From Malacoraja senta (taxonomy: Eukaryota), in NCBI GenBank assembly GCA_038087875.1, contig CM075991.1:10666001-10730000 (forward strand): 64,000 nucleotides of DNA. The letters run 5' to 3'. How positions within the stretch are numbered: the first letter of the stretch is position 1; each line of letters opens with the position of its first letter. The translations under genes were made by a program, and so were the position numbers. Shown piece by piece: positions 33,201 through 48,200 of the stretch. The notes under the pieces are model-generated. The model ran no database searches and was not told the DNA's origin. It saw only the letters and a list, made by a program, of their open reading frames with translations.

Positions 33201-36200
33201 GCATCTTAAATCAATTTTTTTGTTTAGAGATACAGCACGGAAACAGGCCCTTCGGCCCACCGGGTCCGTGCCAACCAGTGATCCCCGAATATTAACACTA
33301 TTCTACACACACCAGGGACAATTTTTACATTTACCAAACCAATTAACCTACAAACCTGTACGTCTTTGGAGTGTGGGAGGAAACCAAAGATTCCGGAGTA
33401 AACCCACGCAGGTCACGGGGAGAATGTACAAACTCCATACAGACAGCATCCGTAGTCGGGATCGAACCTGGGTCGCCGCATTCGCTGTAAGGCAGCAACT
33501 CTACCGCTGCGCCACCCTACCGCCAATTATTGAGGGGAAATAGATTGTCTATCTAAGCCTTGTTTAAGTTCCCTTCGACCTGTTTGTTTGTTTATCGCCA
33601 GTCTCTCCTTATCGCTCACATTTTCGAGCCCTGGCGGCATCCCTGGAAATTTCCCCTGCACCCCAGTACTCATCTCCTTGATCGGAACTGACGCACGCCA
33701 TCCTCGATGTGAGCTGGTTTGTGGAAGATGCTGTTCCAGAAGGACTCGCGGCTCGACATTTTAAGCACCTTGCCTGACCTGCTTACGCCACTGATCTGTG
33801 TGGATGTGCGCATCCAGATCCATCTATCCCCGTCCACCTTAATCCTTCCTAAATGCATAACCTGTCATTCTTCAAGATGACTTTCATTTGTCATTCTTTG
33901 TTTGTATTTCTATTGTTATCTTTTAGGTCTCATTTTTTCCCCCCCTTTGCAATCAGTCCCACTGATTAGTTTTAATATAATCTGCTAACTGCTTAATCCA
34001 TGGGGTGATGCCTTGATGCAAACTATTGAGCATCAGACAGTCTGCCTGGGTTTGCATAAGTGTTCTGTTCCATTCCTGAGAACTAGCCATCAGCTGATTT
34101 ACCTAAGCTGCAAACATATGTTTAATAACCTGTTATTGTATCTTTCTCTGCATACACCTGCGGCAATTCTGCCACCTCATTACACAATAACCCGATTTGT
34201 CATCGTTGAACACATTAGCGACCCAGTGGTGCTGGCTTCCAACAGGAAGAACCTGATCAATTAAACTGATGGAATAGTCAGACTGCAGATGGTGGTTTAA
34301 ACCAAAGATAGACACAAAAAGGGTCTCGACCCGGTAGAACTAGTGTACGCGGTGATTGTTGGTTGGCGCGGACTCGGTGGGCCGAAGGGCCTGCCTTGAC
34401 GCTGTAACTCCAAATTTTAAACTTTAAGCACCTTTGGCCTCTTTTTGGTTCCAGAAATGATGCGGTGGTCATCTCGGGGAGAAGGCTCGCCAGGCAGATC
34501 CGAGGGGAAGCCAAGCTCGACGTGGAGAACTGGGTGGCTGATGGGAACAGGAGGCCACATCTCAGCGTTATCTTGGTGGGCGAGAACCCAGCCAGCCACT
34601 CCTACGTGAAGAACAAAACCAAAGCTGCTGCCGACGTGGGTATGTATCTCGCCTTCTACTTTACGGAGAACGCTGCTGTGGCCTGGAGCACTTGTTCCCC
34701 CCCCCCCCACAGAAAGTTAGTTGATGGAGATGCTGCGAAACAGGCCCTTCGGCACAACTTGCCCACACCGGCCAACATGTCCCAGCTACACCAGTCCCAA
34801 TTGCCAGCTTTTGATCCATTTCCCAAATATTTCGCTTTGGGCATCTTGCAACCCAGCGGTATGAAAATCGACTTCTCTTACTTCAAGTAACCCTTACTTT
34901 CCTTCTCTGCTAACTGCAGTTCATTGTCTCTGTACTTGTACACTGCACATTGACAATAAAGTTTGAATCTGAATCTCTCCATCCCTCCCCCATTCTAGTT
35001 CTCCGATTAGTTTGACTGTCCCCTGATTAAAATGTTATCTTTGTTACACCTCATGGTCACCTTACCTCGGCTAACAATGATCTATTCTACATTTTCCTTG
35101 AACTTTGTCCCCTTATCTCTGTGTCTTCCTCGCCCCTGATTCCTCCATTTCTTCCGTCACCCATTCCTTCTCTCCGGAGATGCTGCCTGTCCTGCTGAGT
35201 TACTCCAGCATTTTGTGTCTTCTTAGATGTTGCTTTATTGGAAGCTGGCGTTTGGGTGACTTGGCTGCTTTCTTACTTGGTTCCACCATGTCCCTGGCTG
35301 TGAAGGGTCTTGGTATCAAGTTCTGTTAATATCATTGCATTGTTCCAACTGTGAATACCGTGCTTCAAAGTCCACGTCTAAAATCGTTGGGCGGCAAAGT
35401 GGCGCAGCGGTAGAGTTGCTGCCTTGTAGCGCCAAAGACCCAGGTTCGATCCTGACTTGGGGTGCTGTCTGCACGGAGTTTGCACGTTCTTTGTGACTGC
35501 GTGGGTTTTCTCTGGGTGCACCGGTTTCCTCCTGCACTCCAAAGACGCACAGGTTTGTAGGTCAATTGGCTTCTGTAAAAAAAAATTTTTTTTTAATTTA
35601 AATAAAATAAAATAAATTATCCACAGTATGTAGGATGTAGTATGTACAGGGTGATCGCTGGTCGGCGAGGACTCGGGACAAAAGGCCTGTTTCTACGCTG
35701 TATCTCTAAAGTAAAGCATTAGCTCATGCCTTTGGAAACAAAATGCGATCTCGAAATTGGAGGTTTTTAAAGCACAAAATGTTGGATGAACTCAGCAGGT
35801 CTGGCAGCATCTATGGAGGGAATGGACAGGTAACATAACCTTTCCGCTTGGTACCCTTAAGCCCCTGTCCCACTTAGGAGACCTAAACAGCAACCTCTGG
35901 TGACCTTGCCCGCCACCCAAGGTTTCCATGAGGTCACCGGAGGTTTTGGGTCACTCTCCCTAATGGTTGAAAGTGGTTTCCGCGTGGTCGAGGCTTCATC
36001 TAGGTTGCTGCTATTTTTTCATCGTGATTAAAACCGGCCTCGACTAAAAATAGGTTGCCGTTTTAAAAATCGATCATTTTTTAGTCGCAGGTCTAGTCGA
36101 AGCCGGATTTCTTCATAGTCGAGGAAGGTTTTCAACATATGCGTGGGAGGTGGGAGGAGGTTGCAGGTCACCTCGACCTTGATTTTTTTTTGGGTGGCGG

Positions 36201-39200
36201 GCAAGGTGACCAGAGGTTGCTGTTTAGGTCTCCTAAGTGAGACAGGGGTTTTACTCAGACTGTTGGTCAGATACTGCCTGACCAGCTACGTTCCTCCAGC
36301 TCTTTACGTTTTACATAATGTGTAGGAATGTTTTGGGAGCATTGACCTTGTGGGCAGAAGAACTAATTTCTGTTCTGTATCACTGTGACAATCTCTCCAT
36401 TTATATTTGACTGTTGCATTTACCAAGTGGACTTCCTCATATTTCCTGGTGACGTTGGGCAATCAGCTCCAGCTCCCCGCCATCCCATTTCATTGAGTCA
36501 CAGAGTCGTGCGGCATGAAAACAGGCTCTGCGGTTCACCACACAGATGCAGACAGTCCCACCTGTCTGCATTTGGTCCTTATCCCTCTAAACCTGTCCTA
36601 TCCATGTACCTGTCTAAATGTTTCTTAAACGTTTCGATAGTAACTACCTTCTCTGGCAGCCTGTTCCATGTACCTACCATTCTTTGCGTGAAAAAGTTAC
36701 CCCTCGGGTTCCTATTAACTCTTCTCTCCCCCACCCCTCACCTTAAACTTATGTCCTCTGGTTCTCGATTCCCCTACTCTTGGTAAGAGACTGTAGGTTG
36801 ACGTGATCTATTCCTCTCATGATCTTGTACACCTCTATAAGATCACCCTTCATCCTCCTGCGCTCCAAGGAATAGATTCCCAGCCTGCTTAGCCCGATAG
36901 CTCAGGCCCTCGAGTCCTGGCAACATGCTCGTAAATCTTCTCTCCTTGTAACCCATTTCCTTGCATCCTCTTCTCTCACACACTTGCCCATTAGCTCCCG
37001 ACTCTCCCACAATCCACATATGTCAGAGACTGCTCTCTCGGGCCAATTAACCTACTGACCCGCACGTCTTTGGGACATGGTTGTCGGAGGTTATGGGGAG
37101 AAGGCTGGAGAATGGGGTTAGGAGCGAGAGATAGATTAGCCATGAATGAATGGCGGTTTAGACTTGATGGGCCGAATGGCCCATTTCTACAATCACTTAA
37201 GGAAAATATGAATTTATCAACCCTCATGGTCGCGGGGAGAACATGCAAACTCCACACAGACAGCATGGGAGGTCTGCATTCAACCTAGATTGCTGGATCT
37301 GTGCCACCAGGAAGTTCTTTGGAGCCGGTTGTTTGACAGTTATTGGAATTAGACACGCAAGGTCTGGCTTATTCAGCCTTTCCTACTTCCTGCAAAACCA
37401 GTAGATCGACAATTAGAACATTCCTTAATCCTCGGAGCAAATCACGCACACATTCGCAACCCCTGTCTGCTGTCAGGATTGAGAAAAACCTTTCGAAGTT
37501 GTTGTGCAAGAATAGACAGGAAATGCTGGAGTAACTCAGCGGGTCAGGCGGGATCTCTGGAGAAAAAGGGTGGGTGATGTTTCAGGCTGGGACCCTTCTG
37601 ACTGAAATTGTGGGGGGGGGTTGAAGAGATGGAGGCGAGAAAAGGCCTGGAGCGATCAGGGATGACCAGGGTGAAGCCATGGTTAGCTAGGGAAGGTGCA
37701 ATCTCCAGAGAGATACAATATGGTGAATGGTGGAACTGGCTAAACGACTAGGGTGGAGGAAGGGAGGGGGAGGGGAAGTGGAGGTGGAGGTGGAAGCTAC
37801 TTAAAATTAGAGAATTAAGCGTCCATACCATTGTGCTGTCAGCCAATCTAGCGAAATATGAGGTGCTGTTCCTCCATTTTGTGTGTGGCACGAGGTTGGA
37901 AATAGGGTCGCCAACTTTCTCACTCCCAAATAAGGGACAAAAGATCAAAATAGGGGACTAATTCCCGACAGCAATTCGTTGACCGACTCGGCTGTGGCTG
38001 GGTGAACGATGAGTTGGCCCCGGGTGCTGGACTGTACACAAAGCCCAGCCGGCTGGGCCAGCTGAGGAGCTTGGGCCTGCAAGTCCGGCACCCCATCCAA
38101 CTCATGAACCGATGGTCGGCCATGAGAAGGAGGGGTGGTGGTGGTGTCGGCGGGCAAGCGAAGGTCCGAAGGTCGGACAGCTGGCCGGGCTGCCGACCGA
38201 CGGGGCCACGGGCGAGGTGCTGCTGCTGCACTCCATAGGCTGCACTACGTCGGGACGGGTGAGGCAGGGCCGGTCGCGGCGCTCCCCTCGACCCGATTAG
38301 TAGCAGTCAAATACGGGACAAGGTCAGTCCCGTACAGGACAAACTAATTTAGCCCAGTATACGGGATGTCCCGGCTAATACGGGACAGTTGGCAACCCTA
38401 GCTGTCAGCCACTCAAGCAAAATATGAGGTGCTGTTCCTCCATTTTGTGTGTTGCACGAGGTTGGAAACGTCTGCGGTATCAATGTGTAGAATCTGCCGA
38501 CTTCCAATGTTCTTGGCAGCTGGGCATGGAGAACAGGCGCAGGAAGGAATTGTGCCTTCTTGCTTAATGTGGCTCCTTTGGCCCTCTGTCAAGCTCTTGT
38601 CTAAAAGGCCTTTGTGGAAGTCAAGTTGTGTATCGTCCTGGAGGAGCCAGTTGTGCAAACGCAACCTCCTGCAATAATACACGGGTAACTCGGGCTTCCT
38701 CCTTCCGGAGAGCAGGAACTCGAATGAATGGTCCAAATTAAGATGAATTAGCGTTTATTGAATTCATGCTCACAAAAAAATGCGTATAAATAGGAGAAAA
38801 AGTGCGAGAGGGCGAAGGGGAGGGGGGGAGATAATTGAATGTGTATTTTCTTTTAAGAGCAGCTTTGAATTCTCAGAAAAGGCTCCCTTGTTCGAAAGGG
38901 TGCTGCTGCTAGATCGGGTGGTTGATCTGCCAAGTCACGAGTGCCTATCAGTAATGGCTCGCTGTGAGCAAGTGAACATGCTTCTCATTAGCAGGGAGGC
39001 TTCAATGGTCGGAGCGCGCAGCGATCCAGTACAATGGGGTATCCTTGGTGGAAAACAATGTACAGCTTGTCTGAAGGACTGCTGCTGTTATCTCCACCTC
39101 CAGGTTGACTTCGAGATTAAAGCGGACTGATAGTTCCATATACAGCAGTTAGTTTAATTTGGAGATACAGCACGGAAATGTATCTAGTTGATGCTAATTT

Positions 39201-42200
39201 TTTGTTTATCTTTTATGAGCAACTAAACATTAAACCTGCAAGTGATGCGTTCTAATAGCCGTTTAGATTGGCTGTTCTTGTAGAGTGAGTGTGGCGGAAC
39301 TTGTCTCACATTTCAATTTTGTTCTACCCCTGTTCACACCATTTTGAGGCGAGAATCCAAGATGGCCACCAGTGACCGTCTCTTTCTCAGAAAAGAAATG
39401 GCTTCCTGTGCTGTTCCAGAGATGGGCGGGCCGAAGGGCCCCGTTTATTCACTGCACTTTTTAAGTCTGAATTAAAGTCTGAAGTATGTATTTACACACT
39501 TGCCGCCCAATTCCAGAACTATCCAGCTTATATAGAAATTATAAACTGGTCACCCACAAACGATAATTGACGTTAAAATGGCCGACAGTGGGGTTAGTTC
39601 ATAAGTGATAGGAGCCACTCGGCCCATCAACTCTACTCCGCCATTCAATCGTGGCTGATCTATCTTTTCCTCTCAACCCTATTCTCCTGCCTTCTCCCCA
39701 TTACCCCTGACACGCGTACTAATCGAGAATCTATCTATCTCTGCCTCCATTGACTTTGGCCTCCACAGCCGTCTGTGGCAATGAATTCCACAGATTCACC
39801 ACTAAATACTGACTAAAGAAATTCCCCCTCATCTCCTTCCTGAAGAAAGGTCCTTTAATTCTGGGACCATGGCCTCTGGTCCTAGACTCTCCCACTTGTA
39901 GAAGCACCCTCTCCAACATCAACTCTACCTGGGCCTGCATCGATCAACAGGCATTTGTACCTGAGACGATCGCTTTTTATATTAATTGTTCTTTTAACTT
40001 GTTGGAACAGGGATCACGAGCGAGACCATTCTGAAACCGACTAACATCACCGAGGAAGAGGTCTTGGAGTTGATCACGAAGCTCAACAATGACAGCAGAG
40101 TGGACGGGTTGCTGGTCCAACTTCCTCTACCAGGTAAGGACCTTGCTCTGTGATGGAGCTCTAGGGTCATCTCTGCCAGCTCCTCCTCACTGGAAGTTCT
40201 GTTTGTTGACCCCCTTGGTGTAGCCAGTAGATATGGAAGTTCTTCTTAGGCCCCCTTCAGTCGTGGCTGTCTCCAGGGTGCTATTCCCTATATGGAGGAC
40301 GCCTGTGCGTGACTTTGTTTAACGTGGGGAGACTGGTGCACAGACAGCCACCCCACGGTACTTGACACATCTGGGTCAGGATCCAGTGGCGTGGAGTCCA
40401 AGATGACCAGAGACCCTTTTCTGCTGCAGCCTTCATCCGCCTTCCCAGGCGTTGTGACGCTCCACTAAGGTCGGCCATCATCCTCCGCCTGTTCCACTGT
40501 TGAGGTCTTGGTTGGATTGGCTCTTTGTCAGGGACCTCCCCCTCCACCTTACCGCCATGGGTGGCCCTACCAGGAGCATAGCTCCAGACGGCATCGCTCT
40601 CAGGATCTCGGGACCACACAAGCTTCTCCACCACGACAAGGTGACAATCCACGGAGTAGTTGCAGACATTACATTAGTATAGACATTGAAATGAACAATA
40701 GAAGATAGACACAAAAAGCTGGAGTAACTCAGCGGGACGGGCAGCATCTCTGGAGAGAAGGAATGGATGACATTTCGGGTCGAGACCACTCTTCAGACTT
40801 GACGATTCTTTATCCATTCTGATCTTTTATCTATTTTAATTCTTGATTTTTTTGTTCTCCAAAAATATATTTGGAATGCAAATATATACAAAACAAGGAC
40901 AGGTTTCTGTCCTTAAAGCTTATACATTCATAGGGTCATGGTGGAAAAAACATTACCCCTCAGTTCCCCTTCACCTTAAACCAATGTCCTCTGGTCCTCG
41001 ATTCGCCTACTCTGGGCTAGAGACTCTGTGCATCTATCCAATCTTTGCCTCATGTATTTTATACCCCTCTATAAGATCACCCCTCATCATGGGGCAACAG
41101 GTATTGAACGTCTATCCTATCATAGGGTGATAAGGAATAAAAGTAGAATTAGGCCATTCAGCCCATCAAAGCTACTCCGCCATTCAATCATGGCTGATAT
41201 ATCTCTCCCTCCTAACCCCATTCTCCTGCCTTCTCCCCATAACCTCTGACACCCGCACTAATCAAGAATCTATCTATCTCTGCCATAAGAATATCCACTG
41301 ACTTGGCCTCCACTGCCGTCTGTGGCAAAGAATTCCACAGATTCACCACCCTCTGACTAAAGACATTTCTCCATCTCCTTCCTAAAAGAACGTCCTTTAA
41401 ATTCTGATTCTATCTACGCTGCTCTCAATATGCTCCATTTCGATCAAGTCCAGAGTTGCTGCCTTACAGCGCTTGCGGCGGCGGATACCCGGGTTCGATC
41501 CCGACTACGGGTGCTGTCTGTGCGGAGTTTGTACCTTCTCCCCGTGACCGCGTGGGTTTTCTCCCGACATCTTCGGTTTCCTCCCACACTCCAAAAGACG
41601 TGCAGGTTTGTGGGTTAATTGGCTTGTTATAATTGTATAAATTGTCCCTAGTGTGTGTGTGTGTAGGACAGTGTCAATGTGCGGGGATCGCTGGTCGGTA
41701 TGGACTTGGTGGGCCGAAGGGCCTGTTTCCGTGCTGTATCTCTAAACTAAGTGTATGGAGCCTGGGGACAGAGTGCTGGACATGCCCGCGTGGTTAGCAT
41801 TGCTGAATGCTGGTGTGTAGCCTGGTCTGATGGAATGCCTGAGCTTGCTGGAAGGGGTCAAAAATAGACATGAGGCGTTGGTTATAGCCATCTACTCACT
41901 GAATGCTCACTACTGTATACAGGGGGACCTGCACATGTCGCGTCACTTCACTTCAAGAAGGGGTGTTGATCCCGTTACGCAACAGGTGCCCTTTTATGCT
42001 CGGGGTGGGGGGGGGGGGGGGTGTCCTAGTGCCGATGCGAGGGTGGCTACAACCAGGAGAGACGGTGATTTATGAGGACTTCTGTACGTAACTGGATTAA
42101 CGAGCCCGTCAGGAAGGCTGGCTCCGTCCTGGGGGCGGAGTTGGATTCACTGGAGGTGGGTCTTGGAGGGGAGGATGCTCCACAAACTGCGGAGCATCCT

Positions 42201-45200
42201 GGACAATACTAGCTCACCCCCTCCATGACACACTGGTCAACCTGAGGAGCACCTTCAGCAACAGACTGGTTCCACCAAGATGCAGCACAGAACGCCACAG
42301 GAGATCCTTCTTCCCTGTGGCTATCAAACTGCACAACTCCTCCTTCAGTCATGATCATATTGAATGGCGGTGCTGGCTCGAAGGGCCGAATGGCCTACTC
42401 CTGCACCTATTTTCTATGCTCTCCTCATGCACTCATCTTGGCGTCCACTCCCTACACACTAGGCGCAATTTACAGATGCCAGTTAACCTTCAAACCCACA
42501 CGTCTTTGGCATGCGGGTGGAAACTGGCGGAGGTCACCCATATGGGTAGAATAAAATGAGACGAGTGTAAATGGATTTTCGATGGTTGATGTGAGGGGGT
42601 TGCTTCCGTGTTGTACGATCCTGATGCCAAACCCTTGCACTGGGAGTTGTTCCCGTATCACGCAACTTAACACTGTAAACGGCTGGGTTGTGATCGTGTG
42701 TTGTCCGACTGGCCAGCGTGCTAGAAAGGTTTTTCCGACTGTACCTTGGTACGCCTGGCGATAGACTCAACGGAAATAACTGAACCAAACTGAAATCCAC
42801 TTCTGCTGCGAGGCTCGTACACTGAGACGCAATTAGCAGCCTGCAAGTTGCGGAGAAGCTTGCAGTACTTCTCAGAATCTGCGGGGGAAGGGGAGAAGCC
42901 TGGGCCGCACTCCCTAGAGGCTGCTGACAGCTGGGAGAAGCTCGGCGTGGCCCCCAGCATGGCCCGTGTCCAGTTTCTCTAAGAAGGAACCTACTGTGAT
43001 TTCATGTGACCAAATTAGGGCCAGGAAGCGCTGGGAGTTAGTGTGGCTCGAAATGTTTCGTTTGGGTTAGAGATACAGCGCGGAAACAGGCCCTTCGGCC
43101 CACCGGATCAGTACCGACCAGCGATCCCCGCACACTAACACCATCCTTACACCCACTAGGGACAATTTACACTCATACCAAGCCAATTAGCACACAAATC
43201 TGTACGTCTTTGGCGTGTGGGAGGAAACCGGAGCACCCGGAGAAAACCCACGCGGGTCAGTTTAGTTTATTGTCACGTGTACCGAAGTACAGTGAAAAGC
43301 TTTTGTTGCATGCTGACCAGTCCGCGGAGAGTCAATGCGTGATTACAATTAAGGGGAGAACATACAAGCTCCATACAGGCAGCACCCGTAGTCCGGATCG
43401 AACCCGGGTCTCTGGCGCTGTAAGGTGGCAACTCTACCGCTGCGCCACTGTGCTGCCTCGGTGCTCTGGGTGAACATAAGGAAGAGGGGGTTAGGGCGTT
43501 GGAGAAAATAGCTGTGCAAGATATCCTTCAGTGCTGCCTGGTGCGGGACGGAAAAACTGAATGCGTCGAGTGTCCGAAACATGCCCATGGCATTAAATAG
43601 TAGCTTTGGGCTGAAGTCGTCGTCTTAGCACTGTTTGCTGGGAAGACTATTGAGAGCAGCAGGTCTCCGATGACATTTCAGTGTGTGTGTGTGTGTGTGT
43701 GTGTGTGAGTGATTGGGTCTAAAATTAGCTCTCAGCAAGTAGTTCCAGGCTAATGGTTTTATCATCTCTCAGTGTGGGGCAGGGAATAGTTGGACTCAGC
43801 GGCAGAGTTGATGCCTTGCAGTGCCAGAGACCGGGTTTCGATCCTGACTATGGGTGCTGTCTGTACGGAGTTTTACGCTCTCCCCGTGACCCACGTGTGT
43901 TTTCTCTGGTTTCCTCCCGCACTCCAAAGACCATATAACCATATACCAATTACAGCACGGAAACAGGCCATTTCGGCCCTTCTAGTCCGTGCCGAACACT
44001 TACTCTCACCTAGTCCCATCTACCTGCACTCAGACCATAACCCTCCATTCCTTTCCCGTCCATATACCTATCCAATTTATTTTTAAATGATAAAATCGAA
44101 CCTGCCTCCACCACTTCCACTGGAAGCTCATTCCACACAGCTACCACTCTCTGAGTAAAGAAGTTCCCCCCTCATGTTACCCCTAAACTTCTGTCCCTTA
44201 ATTCTCAAGTCATGTCCCCTTGTTTGAATCTTCCCTACTCTCAATGGAAAAAGCTTATCCACGTCAACTCTGTCTATCCCTCTCATCATTTTAAAGACCT
44301 TTATCAAGTCCCCCCTTAACCTTCTGCGCTCCAAAGAATAAAGACCTATCTTGTTCAACCTTTCTCTGTAACTTAGGTGCTGAAACCCAGGCAACATTCT
44401 ACAAGATGTGTCGGTTTGTAGGTTAATTGGCTTCGGTAAAAAAAATTGTGAATTGTCCCCCGTCTAGAGGTCAGTGCTGTGGCATGGATTGGTGGCTGGT
44501 CGGCGCGGACTCAGTGGGCCATATCAATGAGTTGTACAGTTGTTACACAGCAGCCCAACTCCTGTACTCGATGCCCTGATCGATATAAGCCCCATCACCA
44601 GGGAACTGCATAGTATTTATTCCCACAGCTTTGATGCAGCAGAGTAAGACGATGTACAAGAAATCGCATGCAAAGTGCATGAAAAATGTTTGCAAGTTGT
44701 GGAAATTGTAGCAGATTTATTAAAAATGAGTCCGTAGTCCATCTGGGACTCTCCTGATGTGTAAAGGGCCTGTCCCACTTGGCGATTTTTTTTCCGACGA
44801 CTGCCAGCGACATTGATTGGCGTATCAGAGTCGCCGAAAGATTTTGAACATTTCAAAATCCAGCGTCGACAAAGAAAATGTTGTGAAACCCGAGGAAACA
44901 CCGCACGTCAATACGTCGTCACCGCCGCGACTTTTTCGGTGACCTGATGCGTTGGTCGATGATGCCGGCAGTCGCCGAAAATATCGCCGAGTGTGACAGG
45001 CCCTTCAATGTTCAAATGTTTAGTGTGACCTTGAGTTCCCCTTTACTGAACGATGCAGCGGCAAGCAAACGTGATACGTGGGATGCTTCCATTTTGTACT
45101 TGAATTGTTGGACTGTCCTCAGCATGGTTCGAATCGGAGTCGATGATATGCACTCACTCTAAATCGATGGGGTCAATGCACACAGTCTTGTGGCCAGAGT

Positions 45201-48200
45201 AGGGGGGGGTCAAGAACCGGAGGGCATGAGTTTAAGGTGAGGGAGGGAAAGACAATAAATACCTAAGGGGCAACTTGTTTATACAAAGGGTGGTGGGGAT
45301 ATGGTACAAGCTGCCGGAGGAGGTAGTTGAGGCAGGTAATATCGCAACGTTTAAGAAGCGTTTAGACGGGTACATGGATTGGGCAGGGTTGGAGGGATGT
45401 GGGCCAAATGCAGGCAGGTGGCACTAGTGTAGCTGGGACATGTTGATCGCTGTGAGCATGTTGGGCCGAAGGGCCTGCTTTCATGCTGTATGTCTGACCC
45501 CGTGGTGGACATGTCCAATACTAGAGGGCGTAGCTATAAGGTGAGAGGGGGGAAAAGTTTAATGGAGATGTGCGGGGCAATTTTTTAAAAATTACACACA
45601 GAGAAGGGTCTGTTTCCATGTTGTACCACTGACACTTGTGTGTAGGTCGGCATTGGAAAGTTGGGCCGAAGGGCCTTATGGTTTGGTTCATTGTTGACTT
45701 TTTTTCCTCAGAACATCTCGATGAGCGCAAGATCTGCAACGCCGTGTCTCCCACGAAAGATGTGGACGGGTTTCACGTCATCAACGTGGGCCGCATGTGT
45801 CTCGACCAGAGCTCCATGTTGCCCGCCACTCCCTGGGGCGTGTGGGAAATTATCCAGCGCACAGGCAAGTAAAATACCTTTGAAGGCGCATCTGTAGAAG
45901 TTGGTGAGGGTTGTTGGGGACATGCCGAACTTTCTAAGCCTTCTAAGGAAGAAGGGAAGATGGTATATGGACACACTGATCAGTTCTGTAGTCATGCCTA
46001 CCATATTCTGTTGTGCTGAAGCAAAGCAAGAATTTCATTGTCCTATCTGGGACACATGACAATAAACTCTTTGAATCTTGAGGAAGGTTCATGAGTTAAC
46101 AGTGCACCGTTATGTCCTTCAGGAATTGCGACCCTCGGAAGAATGTGGTAGTTGCTGGGCGGTCAAAGAACGTTGGGATGCCCATCGCCATGCTGTTGCA
46201 CACAGATGGTGGGCACGAACGGCCAGGAGGTGAGTTGATAAATAATTGTCCGGTCAGATACATGGATAGGACGGGTTTAGAGGGATATGGGCCAAACGCA
46301 GGCAGGTGGGACTAGTGTAGATGGGCGACATGTTGGGCGGTGTGGGCAAGTTGGGGCCTGTTTTCCTCACACTATGGCTCTATCTATATTTAAAACTGTG
46401 TGTGTTTCTGCCTGTTTTGTGGGTGCCAGCCTTCCTTTGATTCCTTGCTACGCCAACACCACACGCAGAAACGCCGAGATGTTTTCCATTTCAGTAGAGA
46501 TTTCACTTTTCATTCCAAGTATCCACTCCTGATTAGATTTAGTCGTGTTTATGTACACATTTTTAATAAAATCCTTCCTCCCCCCCCCCCCCCCCCCCTA
46601 CTCGCTCATTTTGTCTCCTCCTGCTGGCCAGCCACCATAACGGCTGCTGCCGTCCGGCTCTGCTCCAAAAACAACGCCATTTTTTTTCTTTCGCTAGCGA
46701 TTTTCTCCCCGGGGTCTGAAGCACGTTCGGGGTCCAGACCCAACGGGTCTGCACTTGGTCTAGTGAGTCTATGTACGTGTTGGAAATGGAATCTAAGGCG
46801 TGTATTGTTTTGCAGGTGATGCCACCGTGACCATCTCGCATCGATACACCCCCAAAGACCAGCTGAGGGAGCATACGAAGCTTGCTGACATCATTGTGGC
46901 CGCTGCAGGTGAGTGGACGGGTGACTGGGAACGTTGAGGCTACAAGGCAGTCTTCCTTAAGGTCGTAAGGTCATTAGGAGTAGAATTTGAATAAGGAAAT
47001 TCCTGCGTCTCCTTCTGAAAAGAACATCCTTTAATTCTGAGGCTATGACCTCTAGTCCTAGACTCTCCCGCTCGGTGAATTGGCTTCTGTAAATTATTCC
47101 TCATGTGCGTGGGATAGTGTGTGTGTACGGGGGATCCCAGGGAGTGGACAAGAAGGTGGGACAACATAGAACTAGTGTAAACGGGTGATTGATGGTCAAG
47201 ACGGACTCGATGGGCCGAAGGGCCTGTTTCCGCCCTGTATCTCTAAACTGAAACTGGGACCATTGTCATAAGTCGAAATCCTGACCTCGGATGCTGTCTG
47301 TATGGGGTTTGGCCCGCTGAGTTACTCCAGCATTTTGAGTCTATCTTCAGTTCAAACCAGCATCTGCTGTTCCTTCCTACACCATTTGAATTGATCCCTC
47401 CAAGTGGAGGAAACGAGTGGTCTGAAGAAGGGTCTCGACCCGAAACGTCGCCTATTTCCTTCGTTCGATAGATGCTAACTCATAATAGCCCTGTCCCACG
47501 GTACGAGTTCATTCCAAGAGCTCTCCCGAGGTTAAAAAAAAATCAAACTCGTGGTAAGCACGGAGAATGAACGTAGCGGGTACGTCGGAGCTCGGGGACG
47601 TCTCTCAGCGGCTCGTAACGCAAACGGCAGGTACTCGGGAAGACTCGCTAACGGCAGGTAAGCGCGGGAAGACTCGTGAAGATTTTTCAACATGATGAAA
47701 AATGTCCACGAGAGCCCCGAGTACCGACGAGCGGCCATTACCGTAAATCTCCGAGTTCGAATCAGGGCAAACTCGGGAGAGCTCTTGGAATGAACTCGTC
47801 CCGTGGGACGGGTTTTACCCACTGAGTTTCTCCCGCATTTTTGTCTACCTCCAAGTGGAGGTGTTGCTGTTTGTGACCCCGAGCCTTGTTCCTTGCAGGT
47901 ATTCCCAACTTGATCACCGCTGACATGATAAAAGAGGGAGCTGCTGTCATTGATGTTGGCATCAATCGTGTCCAAGACCCGGTCACTGGCAAGCCCAGAC
48001 TCGTGGGCGACGTGGATTTTGAAGGTAAAGGAATGAATCGTATGGTAATAGACCTATTGTCTATTGTAATGTAGCACAGAATCTGTCCCAAGCCAGAAAC
48101 ATAGAAAATAGGTGCAGGAATAGGCCATTTGGCCCTTCGAGCCAGCACCGCCATTCAATGTGATCATGGCTGATCATCCCCAATCAGTACCCCGTTCCTG

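Noticed and set aside
47532..47975. Recurrent [18 protein letters not shown]... (also at 59670 and 61289)
   Set aside because: Chance frame within copies of one ~330-bp MITE; no transposase motifs.
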